The notes beneath the pieces are model-generated. The model ran no database searches. It worked only from the letters and a program-made list of their open reading frames with translations, and had not been told where the DNA came from. A stretch of DNA of 64,000 nt, taken from positions 12,191-76,190 of IMG/VR virus record IMGVR_UViG_3300025978_000012, one strand, 5' to 3'. The position numbers were made by a program, and so were the translations under genes. Positions within the stretch are counted from its first letter, which is position 1, and every line of letters begins with the position of its first letter. Positions 1 to 8,874 of the stretch are shown in pieces. Origin of the DNA: a virus.

Positions 1-603
1 ATCGAGATTATCTGAACTATCAGAACATGTTGTTGTCAATTTTGTTCCAGTAATGGTCATTGTCCCGGATACTGCACCGGTATATCGAATTGACATCAAA
101 TCAAGATTTACATCGTCTTTATTCAGAACTTCAAGACCTTTATAAAGTAGCTGAATAAGTTTTCCGGTATTTGATCCAGTTGATACCTTTATCGCCGCTG
201 TATTTCCATCGACACCGAATTTTTTCCATGCAAGATCAATTATCGGTGACGCACTTGCATCAAGTTCTGTTTCCGCCTGCGTCATTTGATTTACGACAAT
301 ACAATTTGCCTGAGAAGGTTTGTTGAATCTAGCGTCTTTTGTTGGAGTTAAGAAAAATTCGGCTCCATAATAAACATCTCCGCCGCCAAAAATTTCAAGG
401 GCTTGCGCCTGTCCTTCAACAACATTTATAACGTCCTCAACATCAGTATAAGCATTATACGGTATACCGCCCCGTGCGGCCTCTCCAAGAATAACCGCAA
501 GGCCCGTAACTGCTCCCGCACCTTGGTCTTGCGGAAATAATCTCTGTGTATATGCACCAGGAAGAATGATTTTTTGACCGGCGAAATCGTAAAACTGTGC
601 CAT
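1..603 (-). CDS. Contractile tail sheath protein, N-terminal part (runs off window start)
   Basis: Not in ORF track. ATG at 603 reads MAQFYDFAGQKIILPGAYTQ...LAVILGEAARGG...ALEIFGGG, a typical myovirus sheath N-terminus, located downstream of neck genes. Confidence 0.8.
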   Translation of the reverse strand, partial: MAQFYDFAGQKIILPGAYTQRLFPQDQGAGAVTGLAVILGEAARGGIPYNAYTDVEDVINVVEGQAQALEIFGGGDVYYGAEFFLTPTKDARFNKPSQANCIVVNQMTQAETELDASASPIIDLAWKKFGVDGNTAAIKVSTGSNTGKLIQLLYKGLEVLNKDDVNLDLMSIRYTGAVSGTMTITGTKLTTTCSDSSDNLD

Positions 604-682
604 AATAATTACTCCGCGTTAGAATGTTATGCCTCTATGCCGGATTATATTATGGCGTATGGGAGGACGTTTGGGGAAAAAT

Positions 683-946
683 TTATTTATCGACCTCTGA
701 ATAAAATTTCTTAATTAATTCATCCCAATTATTTTTAGTTTTTTTGGGATTTAGACAGTCTATTTTTTGATACCAACCAATAATAACTTTATCAATATTT
801 CTTTTTGTTGAAAATTGACTAAGATATTCAGTTAATGAATATTTCAATTCTTCCAGAATAGTTATTTTTTGTTGTTTTGCCATTAAGATTATTACCTTTG
901 CATCATTATATATAGTATAATTACTATATACGTTTATAAATGTCAA
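683..946 (-). CDS. Hypothetical protein between tail completion and sheath genes (start may be the internal MAKQQK)
   Basis: ORF in operon orientation. Confidence 0.5.
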   Translation of the reverse strand: MTFINVYSNYTIYNDAKVIILMAKQQKITILEELKYSLTEYLSQFSTKRNIDKVIIGWYQKIDCLNPKKTKNNWDELIKKFYSEVDK

Positions 947-954
947 GGATATTA

Positions 955-1704
955 TTAATTAGGAATTTCAAAAGTTCCGTCAAATTCATGATCGTTAATT
1001 TTTGCATCACCATATATAGTATAATTATTGTAGGTATTAAGAAACGTTAATGAATATTCTGTTCCAAATAATACGCGTCCAAAATTAAAATTGACAAGTC
1101 CTTTAACTACATTGTATTGCATTTTTTTTATTTTGGAGTTGTCTCCAGCGAATCCCGTTTCAATGTCCGCCATAATGCTATCAATAAGATTTCCAAGTAA
1201 AATGTCCATATCAGGTGTTTCAGACCACACACTTATATTTATTTCTTCATTTTTTCTCCATTCGTGAACTTGCACCAATACATTTCCTGCGCCTAATTTT
1301 CTATATGCCGCAATAATTGTTCCAATTTGAGTTTTTGTAATAAGCAATTCTTTTTGAATATTTTCGTCAGTCATTCCAGCGAAAGTTTGCAATATTGCAA
1401 TAAAAGCATCATTAACGACTTCTGGCTTAAATCCCTGTCCCAACGTAAAACCTTCATTAGTGGGATTTGAAGGCGTAACGCTAATTGCCGGGACTATTCC
1501 AGACCGTTCCGTCTCATCACGTCCCGCCAATTTATTTATCATCATTGTTACAATAGGATGTTGTTTCGAAACATTTATAATATCAATTCTTCCATCTGTC
1601 AGTCCGGGCAAATCTCTCAATATTAATTCATCCGCTATTTTAGTTCTAAAATAATCGATTGAATTTATTGCATAATCGGAATATTTGGATATTATAGTTG
1701 GCAT
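955..1704 (-). CDS. Putative tail completion/terminator-type virion protein
   Basis: 249 aa, PAISVT motif, position just upstream of sheath. Confidence 0.5.
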   Translation of the reverse strand: MPTIISKYSDYAINSIDYFRTKIADELILRDLPGLTDGRIDIINVSKQHPIVTMMINKLAGRDETERSGIVPAISVTPSNPTNEGFTLGQGFKPEVVNDAFIAILQTFAGMTDENIQKELLITKTQIGTIIAAYRKLGAGNVLVQVHEWRKNEEINISVWSETPDMDILLGNLIDSIMADIETGFAGDNSKIKKMQYNVVKGLVNFNFGRVLFGTEYSLTFLNTYNNYTIYGDAKINDHEFDGTFEIPN

Positions 1705-1747
1705 GATATTAATTCTTTTTTAGGCTCAATATTAAATAATAAAATTT

Positions 1748-2944
1748 TTAACTTGTCAACCCATATAATTTTATTAAATCTGATTTTTTTGTTTTCGTCC
1801 AGCTTTTTGCATAAATTATTTTTGGATAGCGGCGATTTTCTAAGTTGTTGGGTTCTGGATTTTCTTCGAATATTATGAACGCGGGTTTATACCCATATTT
1901 GACAGACATCGTGGCTCCTACTCGTGGTTGATTATCGGTAAGCCATTTTATATATCTATGTCCTTGTAGAGTATAATCAATTTCTCGAAAATATTTTTTA
2001 CCGTCTGTATCAAGAATAACATCGTTTAATTCAAAAACTTCTATTTGATATAATAAATCAAGTTCACCTTTATGAGGTAACATTTCTGTCTTTGATTGTG
2101 TATCGGCGGCGATAACAATAATATCACCTTTTGCTATGTTAAACCACGGATATACGGCCATCCTAATTACACCGCTTTCAAGATCGTTTGTCCATGTCTC
2201 TAAATCATCTTTTGTTTTTAAGTCAGCGGTAATAATTTGAGTTAAATCAGCATAATAATAATCGGCTTTTACCTGGCCTACAATTACATTTGGATTGCTT
2301 GAATGAATTGTATTTCCATCAAGAGTAAAATCTGTAATATCTTGATTTGTAACAAAATTATATAATCGTAAAATTTGAACAATATCGGCTTCGGCACGAA
2401 GCGGATTACTACTTTGATATTCGGCATTAAAAAATGTTTGAGTAGGGCGCATTAATCCATTTACGGCATCAACTTCAAGAACATCACCTTCAATTTTTGT
2501 CCAGCCATCAAAAAAATATGTAACTCGCAATTGCTCATATCTTTTCGCTTTTATTGTTGAATTGTCAACAAAAATTGTAGTATCATTAAATCCGGTAATT
2601 GGCAGCTCTTGTATGCCGCCTTGAATTGGCGCAATTACCCGCTCGACCTTTGTGACTTCAACGATAGGTATGTAGTATGGATAAATTTCTGTAACAGAAT
2701 CATTGCACAAACTAAATTCATCTGCAATCAAAAATCGACGTTGATATGTATAGACATATCCGTCACCATGACAAATCGGGCAATGAATTTTTGGAGAACC
2801 GCTGTTTTCAGGAACGCATGGGCAAAACATCGCCTGTTTAATTTTACATAACTGTCCGTGATTTTGAATTAACTTCGCAAAATCTTTTGGTTCGCCATAA
2901 ATAACAAGTGCGTTGTTTTGACCGGTATTCCTGAAAACTCCCAT
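1748..2944 (-). CDS. Putative neck/head-completion protein (Herelleviridae-like)
   Basis: N-terminal HGQ...AMFCPC...CPICHGDGY motif resembling SPO1/K-like neck proteins; synteny. Confidence 0.55.
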   Translation of the reverse strand: MGVFRNTGQNNALVIYGEPKDFAKLIQNHGQLCKIKQAMFCPCVPENSGSPKIHCPICHGDGYVYTYQRRFLIADEFSLCNDSVTEIYPYYIPIVEVTKVERVIAPIQGGIQELPITGFNDTTIFVDNSTIKAKRYEQLRVTYFFDGWTKIEGDVLEVDAVNGLMRPTQTFFNAEYQSSNPLRAEADIVQILRLYNFVTNQDITDFTLDGNTIHSSNPNVIVGQVKADYYYADLTQIITADLKTKDDLETWTNDLESGVIRMAVYPWFNIAKGDIIVIAADTQSKTEMLPHKGELDLLYQIEVFELNDVILDTDGKKYFREIDYTLQGHRYIKWLTDNQPRVGATMSVKYGYKPAFIIFEENPEPNNLENRRYPKIIYAKSWTKTKKSDLIKLYGLTS

Positions 2945-3023
2945 TTATCTTCGGCATCCTAAAAGTTTCGAATTACGTCTTAATTTTCTTGTTAATATGA
3001 AATTAAGTAATTTTTTTATAAAT

Positions 3024-3407
3024 TTACTCATTTATCCTAACACCCGACACGTCAATTTTATTTATTGCGTCGTCCATGAATTTCAAAATTTCAAGGGATA
3101 CTCCAGATTTTTGATAATATTGTTTTAGTTCTGAAAGTTGTTTTCTTCTTTCTTTGTTCTGGTTTTGAATCATTTCATTGCGAATTTTAATAAGTTCTTT
3201 ATCATCGTAAACAAATTTTTCTTTATTTTTTCTCGTTTCTTCTACAATAAATTGAATCATGGCATGATAATTTTCAACCCTTTTGTTATTAATATAATAA
3301 CGCGAATACTCCCCGGCCTGAAAATTATATTTTTTAGCATCATCAAGACTTTCGGCAGATTCAATTTTAATTTCATTTTTTCCCTGTCTTAAATGTTGTG
3401 TAATCAT
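3024..3407 (-). CDS. Hypothetical protein
   Basis: 127-aa ORF in structural operon. Confidence 0.6.
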   Translation of the reverse strand: MITQHLRQGKNEIKIESAESLDDAKKYNFQAGEYSRYYINNKRVENYHAMIQFIVEETRKNKEKFVYDDKELIKIRNEMIQNQNKERRKQLSELKQYYQKSGVSLEILKFMDDAINKIDVSGVRINE

Positions 3408-3409
3408 TG

Positions 3410-4339
3410 TTATTGACCCAAATTACCTATTAAAGTGCGACTGTATTTTGCTCTATTTTGAGCAAACCATGTTTTAATCTCTTCTTTATATATGCGAATA
3501 CGTGCACCGAAAGCAGCATTTTCAGCGGACAGGGTGGTGCTGAGACTTTCAGAAACCGAATTAAGACTTACCGATTTACTAGATACTGCGGCTAGTTTTC
3601 CATCACCGTAGATATTTAGGAGCGTTAATGTCGCCAGTTTTTCAATAATGTTTCTGAATTCATCGGGAACGTCTTGGCAATTAGTATACCCGGTTTCATA
3701 GTCAATAAGAAAAATATTCTGACGGTCATTATTATAAGGTGAAAACAAATAGTTTTGCCATATATATTGATATGTATTTGACCGTGCAGACAGATAACGG
3801 GGCCGAAAATAGCAAACCCCCATAAATCCATCTTTTACATATCGATACGGCATTAGATCGACAATTACATTTCCATAATAAGGATCAATGAATTTTGCGG
3901 TCAGAAGATCACGAACAGGTCTGCGCCGTAATTTCAAACGACATTCAAGACGAGCCGCAATTACGCGGTATGGATATCCCGGTTCACGGATATATAATTC
4001 TGATAATTGTTTTCGCGTCATTCTGGATGTAAAATCAGAATCATCTAATTCCCTGTCTATTTTATTCCCATTTTCGTCAATCTGGTCATTATATCGAATT
4101 CTACGTGGAAGTATATCGATATTCAATTCAACTTCCATATATCGTATAGCCACCCGAACATAATCATTTAATTGATCGTCAGTAATAGCCATGCTATCAG
4201 CAACCGCAATAAGCGGGTTTCCGAATAATTGGTTGTATCTCAATTCATCAGCCGTAACTAATAGCCCCCAACCGGGGGCTAAATAGTTATTGCTAATGTC
4301 TGGATTGTTGAATGCAAAACCAGTCCGTACTTCAGGCAT
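3410..4339 (-). CDS. Putative head-tail adaptor/neck protein
   Basis: 309 aa, IDYETGY...VPDEFR and SVSLNSVSESLS patterns of adaptor-like proteins; position after capsid genes. Confidence 0.55.
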   Translation of the reverse strand: MPEVRTGFAFNNPDISNNYLAPGWGLLVTADELRYNQLFGNPLIAVADSMAITDDQLNDYVRVAIRYMEVELNIDILPRRIRYNDQIDENGNKIDRELDDSDFTSRMTRKQLSELYIREPGYPYRVIAARLECRLKLRRRPVRDLLTAKFIDPYYGNVIVDLMPYRYVKDGFMGVCYFRPRYLSARSNTYQYIWQNYLFSPYNNDRQNIFLIDYETGYTNCQDVPDEFRNIIEKLATLTLLNIYGDGKLAAVSSKSVSLNSVSESLSTTLSAENAAFGARIRIYKEEIKTWFAQNRAKYSRTLIGNLGQ

Positions 4340-4344
4340 GGCGA

Positions 4345-4758
4345 TTATTTTTTGTAAGTCACATAAATGTCGCCAGAATCATCGTCACCATTCGGTACCG
4401 CAATCACGCCATCGGCCGAAACGATTTTATACGTTTGATCTATAGTTCCCATACGTGCAACATTATCGAGTGTAACACACGCAATTGCATCACTGATTGT
4501 TACCGGAGAACTAGCATCGGTTTTCAGCGTTATTGATCCGCTTCCATTTGACGCGGTACACTGAACAACGGCATCAATGATTTCGGCACCCACAGGAATA
4601 TCAACCGTAATATTCCCGCCGGATGGGACCACAGATGCTTTTGCCACACGAATAGCAGCAGAAATTTCTGCCGCGCCCCAATTGTCTTTAAGATATTGAA
4701 GAACTTCAAGGTTTGGATTACCTTGAGATTCACCATATGCACTTTGATGAATAGTCAT
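4345..4758 (-). CDS. Small virion structural protein (possible decoration protein)
   Basis: 137 aa, G/S/T/V-rich beta-type composition, downstream of MCP. Confidence 0.45.
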   Translation of the reverse strand: MTIHQSAYGESQGNPNLEVLQYLKDNWGAAEISAAIRVAKASVVPSGGNITVDIPVGAEIIDAVVQCTASNGSGSITLKTDASSPVTISDAIACVTLDNVARMGTIDQTYKIVSADGVIAVPNGDDDSGDIYVTYKK

Positions 4759-4762
4759 ATTC

Positions 4763-5008
4763 CTAACTCCTTAATATTTTTTGTACTAATGAAAAAGATT
4801 GTAGAAAAATTTTTTTAGTTTTATCAAGATAATTAATTGTATCTTTTAAAAAGAGTATTTCATCTTCATCAAAATTTATTTCCTGATTTTCTTTTTCATC
4901 AAACTTGATTTTGTCGAGTATTCTTACTACCAATTCAATTGATTTAATATCGGATTGAACCGGCAGTATGAATTTAAAATTCTCACGCTCGTTAAGTGTT
5001 AAGTTCAT
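4763..5008 (-). CDS. Hypothetical protein
   Basis: ORF overlapping the stop of the upstream gene (ATGA coupling). Confidence 0.55.
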   Translation of the reverse strand: MNLTLNERENFKFILPVQSDIKSIELVVRILDKIKFDEKENQEINFDEDEILFLKDTINYLDKTKKIFLQSFSLVQKILRS

Positions 5009-5316
5009 AGAGCCGCCTCAACAATAAAACCTTTGGCGATAATGACGGACCCCGTGAGGGTTATACCATTATCACAACGAATTGGGCTTTGATCCTGTTC
5101 GAAAGAAAGAACTCCCGTAGCCATTGTAACACCATCGCCATCTTTCAACGTAATACCGGCACCAGTATCATCTACGCGAAGCAATTCAAGATAAAATATC
5201 CCCTTAGGACATGATACTGTTGGATCGGTTCCGTATAAAATAACTTGACCACTGGCCCTTTGAGCGGGAGTGTACCCGCTCAAAGGTCTATTGTTTTTGG
5301 TTCTATAAACTGACAT
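5005..5316 (-). CDS. Small virion protein
   Basis: 103-aa ORF immediately after MCP. Confidence 0.5.
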   Translation of the reverse strand: MSVYRTKNNRPLSGYTPAQRASGQVILYGTDPTVSCPKGIFYLELLRVDDTGAGITLKDGDGVTMATGVLSFEQDQSPIRCDNGITLTGSVIIAKGFIVEAAL

Positions 5317-5326
5317 GTTATAATCC

Positions 5327-6832
5327 TTATATCATGTTGTAACGGTTCACGTTCGTCGAATCGATACCAATGTTCCTGATTTCTACAAGTACATTCGGTT
5401 TATAGTATTTCGGAACACCATACAGGTTTATAAGACCCTGGCTGAACCGGCCTACTTTGGCCAAATCGGTATTGTGAATCGGGAGCAATTGGCTGAACGC
5501 CATTACTCGTTGTTCCCCTGCGGTCGTTTGGTCAACGATGAACATACGCGCCGTTCCGGGAATGTACGAGTTTTTATCGGTATAAGTAACCGCCGCAAGC
5601 GGGTTTGTCGCCGCCGCTACGGTATCAAGATACCGAAAAGTGCCGCTTCCACCGACTTTTTCAGAATAAATTTCAAAACAAGATGGAAGTTTCGATCCTG
5701 AATCAGCCGGGTTTGGCGTAATCGTTATGAGAATTGATCCTGCCGCCGCAACAACGCTCGTTGATTCAACTGCCGCGCAAGCGATTGACCGGCCATACGC
5801 ATTTCGAGCCACAACGCGATAATTATATTTGACTCCAGAAGGTCGTACAGTTGCCGATGCAAATACAGACCCCGAAGTGCCAGCCTGATTGGTAAGGGCA
5901 ATGGACGGAACAGAGGGTGCCTTATCGGATGTTGCACCTTCAATCCATGTTGAGGTTGTATTCTGAAAATACTGTGGAACAACTTTTGCCTCATACGCCA
6001 TTCCCAGAAGTTTATCCATCCGAGGTATCATGAGGCCATAGTTAGTCATAATCCCGGATATTTTTCCACCAATGGTAATACCATTTTTACCCATTTCAAC
6101 GATTTTACGATCGCCACTTGATGCAGCTTGACTTTCAATAATCGTTGATAGGTTCTGGACGCCAGAAGGAGAAACATACAAACGGCAATTATCAACATGA
6201 CCATTGGCTTCAGTAATAAGTTGGCCCATGAGGTTAAACGTATTCATGGAAACACTTGCGCCTCTCATGTCCTGTATTTGGTCCGAAGATTGTCCGGATA
6301 TCGTTTTTGATAGTCCATCAATCGATTTTGGTATCCATGTGCTATTTCCAGCATAAAGTGCGATATCAAGATTTCTAAGAAGTCTGTTCATTGCAGCCCT
6401 TTGGGACCGTGTACGTTCATCGATTATCGTCTGAGTTGCTTCAGCAACGTCGCCCACCGTCCATCCTTCAGACATAAATTTAACGACAGCAATTTGTTTC
6501 AGGATATCAGGATCGCGAAATTCCGGGTTTTCAATCTGACCCACGAAACCGCCATCATTGATACCAAGTCCGATTTGCTGATCGTATTCTTCGACCGTCG
6601 AAAAGGCTTTAATTTTGTTAATGTCTTGCCACAGCGTAAAATCCGTGGCGTTCAAGGTTAGGTCTGCAAGCATCCCTTCAAGGGACTGTTTGGTCAGTGA
6701 CCCCCCTGCCGTATTGTACATATCATCGACGCTACCCGGAGCAAGTAAGGCTTTTGCCAATTGTTCCAGTTGTTGCGCCGAGCTGATCCCCATTTCGGTA
6801 TCAGCCAATGAGAGAATTTCTTGTTCGTTCAT
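5327..6832 (-). CDS. Major capsid protein precursor
   Basis: 501 aa. LAKAL cleavage-type site at about aa 25-29, GGSLTKQSLE, TVEEY and DGL motifs as in SPO1/K-like MCPs; follows protease and scaffold. Confidence 0.85.
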   Translation of the reverse strand: MNEQEILSLADTEMGISSAQQLEQLAKALLAPGSVDDMYNTAGGSLTKQSLEGMLADLTLNATDFTLWQDINKIKAFSTVEEYDQQIGLGINDGGFVGQIENPEFRDPDILKQIAVVKFMSEGWTVGDVAEATQTIIDERTRSQRAAMNRLLRNLDIALYAGNSTWIPKSIDGLSKTISGQSSDQIQDMRGASVSMNTFNLMGQLITEANGHVDNCRLYVSPSGVQNLSTIIESQAASSGDRKIVEMGKNGITIGGKISGIMTNYGLMIPRMDKLLGMAYEAKVVPQYFQNTTSTWIEGATSDKAPSVPSIALTNQAGTSGSVFASATVRPSGVKYNYRVVARNAYGRSIACAAVESTSVVAAAGSILITITPNPADSGSKLPSCFEIYSEKVGGSGTFRYLDTVAAATNPLAAVTYTDKNSYIPGTARMFIVDQTTAGEQRVMAFSQLLPIHNTDLAKVGRFSQGLINLYGVPKYYKPNVLVEIRNIGIDSTNVNRYNMI

Positions 6833-6833
6833 A

Positions 6834-7631
6834 TTACTTCGCCTCCTTCTGAAGCAGATCGGCTACAAATTTCTTTTGTGCGGGGTTAAGTTTGTTTACA
6901 TCCTGTCCGTGAGCCTCAAACGCCGAAATGACCAGGCCAGCATCTTTGTTTCCTGACTGTGTCGCTTTCATAAGCACTTCATATACGGCTTTCCGCGCTT
7001 CAGGTGCAATTTGAATAACACCAGCCTTTGCCATCGGAGCAACAATGCCTTTCCGCCCTTGCGGAGTAGACATAAAATCACCGAGACATTTTGCCTGTTC
7101 AACCTGAACTTTTGCGGCCTTTTGCATTAAATCATAAGATTGTTCATGAAGGGCCGCAACGGTTTCAATTCGACTAGATAACATTTTAATAGCTTTTGCC
7201 ATCGTTTCAGCAAATTCATTTTGTGTTTCCAGATACGGCTTAAGATCGACCATTTCAACAATCGACCCATCGGCGTCTGGATCAATGTCGTCGGCGGCTT
7301 TTTTCATTTCTTCTTTTGTTTCATCAACTTCTTTCATCATTTTTCCGCAAGTCGCCTTGTTTTCTTTCATATAGCGTTTCATGTGCTTTTTCATGTACTC
7401 TTCGCTATACCCTTTTTTTCCTTCGTCTTCGTCTTCTTCCTCTTCTTTTTCATTTGATTCATTGGCGTCTTTCCCCTCCTTGGCTTTAAATAGCGAATCC
7501 ATTTGTTCACCGTTAATAGCCTTTTCAAGAGCTTGGAGGGAATTATCGTCACTATCCTCAAAAGAAGCGACTATTTCATCCGCTACTTCCGGGGAAATTC
7601 CTTTTTGTAACAGTTCATCTTTTGTTAACAT
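6834..7631 (-). CDS. Capsid scaffolding protein
   Basis: Acidic helical 265 aa with many xxKA sites (LEKA, LFKA, MKKA, MAKA, MQKA, LMKA), between protease and MCP. Confidence 0.7.
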   Translation of the reverse strand: MLTKDELLQKGISPEVADEIVASFEDSDDNSLQALEKAINGEQMDSLFKAKEGKDANESNEKEEEEDEDEGKKGYSEEYMKKHMKRYMKENKATCGKMMKEVDETKEEMKKAADDIDPDADGSIVEMVDLKPYLETQNEFAETMAKAIKMLSSRIETVAALHEQSYDLMQKAAKVQVEQAKCLGDFMSTPQGRKGIVAPMAKAGVIQIAPEARKAVYEVLMKATQSGNKDAGLVISAFEAHGQDVNKLNPAQKKFVADLLQKEAK

Positions 7632-7705
7632 GTTACGATTGCTCCTTGTTAAATTTAAAAATATTTGTTAATAAATAGTTTTAATATTTATTTCAAATTT
7701 TTTAC

Positions 7706-8593
7706 TTAGTTAATGCTTCTATTCATCTTTATAAATTTATCAATCAACATAAATGATTTATTACCAAATTCTTTTTTGTTTTTCTTTTCAAAATGTTTTA
7801 GATATTCAGCTTTCCGTAACGGAATTTTTTTATTTTTTATTCCAATAATAGTATGTATTAAATCAAGACCTTCGTTTTCATCAAATAAAAGTTTAACTGG
7901 TTTTTTTTCAATGTCTTGTTTCGTTATGACGCCACCACTCGAACCATTATACATATCTGAAACATTTGAAGGAGCCATAAGTGCTTTCGTTAAAACTTCT
8001 TCGTGTTCGATTATTGAACTATTGCGAGAAAAAATATTGAGGTCGTCAAATTCACAAAGAATATCATTTGCTTTTTGTAAAAGACGAACATTCATTCCGG
8101 GTTCACGGTTTATAACGGAATTTGCAGGCGCGATTGCAAGATGGTCCCATTTTATTTTAGGAATAACTTTATGTTTTTTACCGAGACTGTCTGCGACTTC
8201 AAGCACCATTTTGCTCCCGCCAATACTCGCACTATAAACAGGTTGCTCCGCCTCTAAATGAGGAAGCATGGTTTGAACGATGGGGTGACTTTTGGTTAAT
8301 TGGGCTGTAACGACTGGCTTTCCGTCTTGCCAACGAAAAGCGATAGGTTTTCCAAGAAGATTTGAATTTTTTTCTTCTTTGGTAAGAATTGGGTTCTTAC
8401 TTTCGTGCCAAAATTCAACAACTCCAATATCAAGAAAATTTTTAACAGTTTCTTTGTTGAATGCTTCTTTTAGGACCAATTCATCGTCAGAATCAGGCGT
8501 CAAGTGATTTGCCACAATATCAACAGTAATGATTTTATCATTACTTGCTTTATTTAATGTTGATATAGAAAATCCATTAATCTGGAAAAGCAT
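7706..8593 (-). CDS. Prohead (capsid maturation) protease
   Basis: DSDDE...FWHE...SASIGG...LAIAPANSVIN pattern of HK97/herpes-fold phage proteases; synteny. Confidence 0.75.
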   Translation of the reverse strand: MLFQINGFSISTLNKASNDKIITVDIVANHLTPDSDDELVLKEAFNKETVKNFLDIGVVEFWHESKNPILTKEEKNSNLLGKPIAFRWQDGKPVVTAQLTKSHPIVQTMLPHLEAEQPVYSASIGGSKMVLEVADSLGKKHKVIPKIKWDHLAIAPANSVINREPGMNVRLLQKANDILCEFDDLNIFSRNSSIIEHEEVLTKALMAPSNVSDMYNGSSGGVITKQDIEKKPVKLLFDENEGLDLIHTIIGIKNKKIPLRKAEYLKHFEKKNKKEFGNKSFMLIDKFIKMNRSIN

Positions 8594-8686
8594 GTTTCGT
8601 TCCGTATCATTTGTTCAACATGTTTTCCTTAATAGGTAGGATTATTTTATTTTATTATCGCAATATAAACTATAGATTATCTGTTG

Positions 8687-8872
8687 TCAACAATTATTTG
8701 AAATCATTGTTCGGCACTGGCGGCATTTCATTTCTTCTTTTCCAGTTATTTTGTTTCGATGTAAAAGGGTTATTTTTCGATAAAGAATTTCTTTTTCATT
8801 TTCGATTGATAATACTGTATTACAATTGGGACATTTGTGTTTGATTCCATTTTCTATTAAAATTTCTTTCAT
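8687..8872 (-). CDS. Small zinc-ribbon protein (Com-like)
   Basis: CPNC...CRQC in 61 aa. Confidence 0.5.
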   Translation of the reverse strand: MKEILIENGIKHKCPNCNTVLSIENEKEILYRKITLLHRNKITGKEEMKCRQCRTMISNNC

Positions 8873-8874
8873 TA

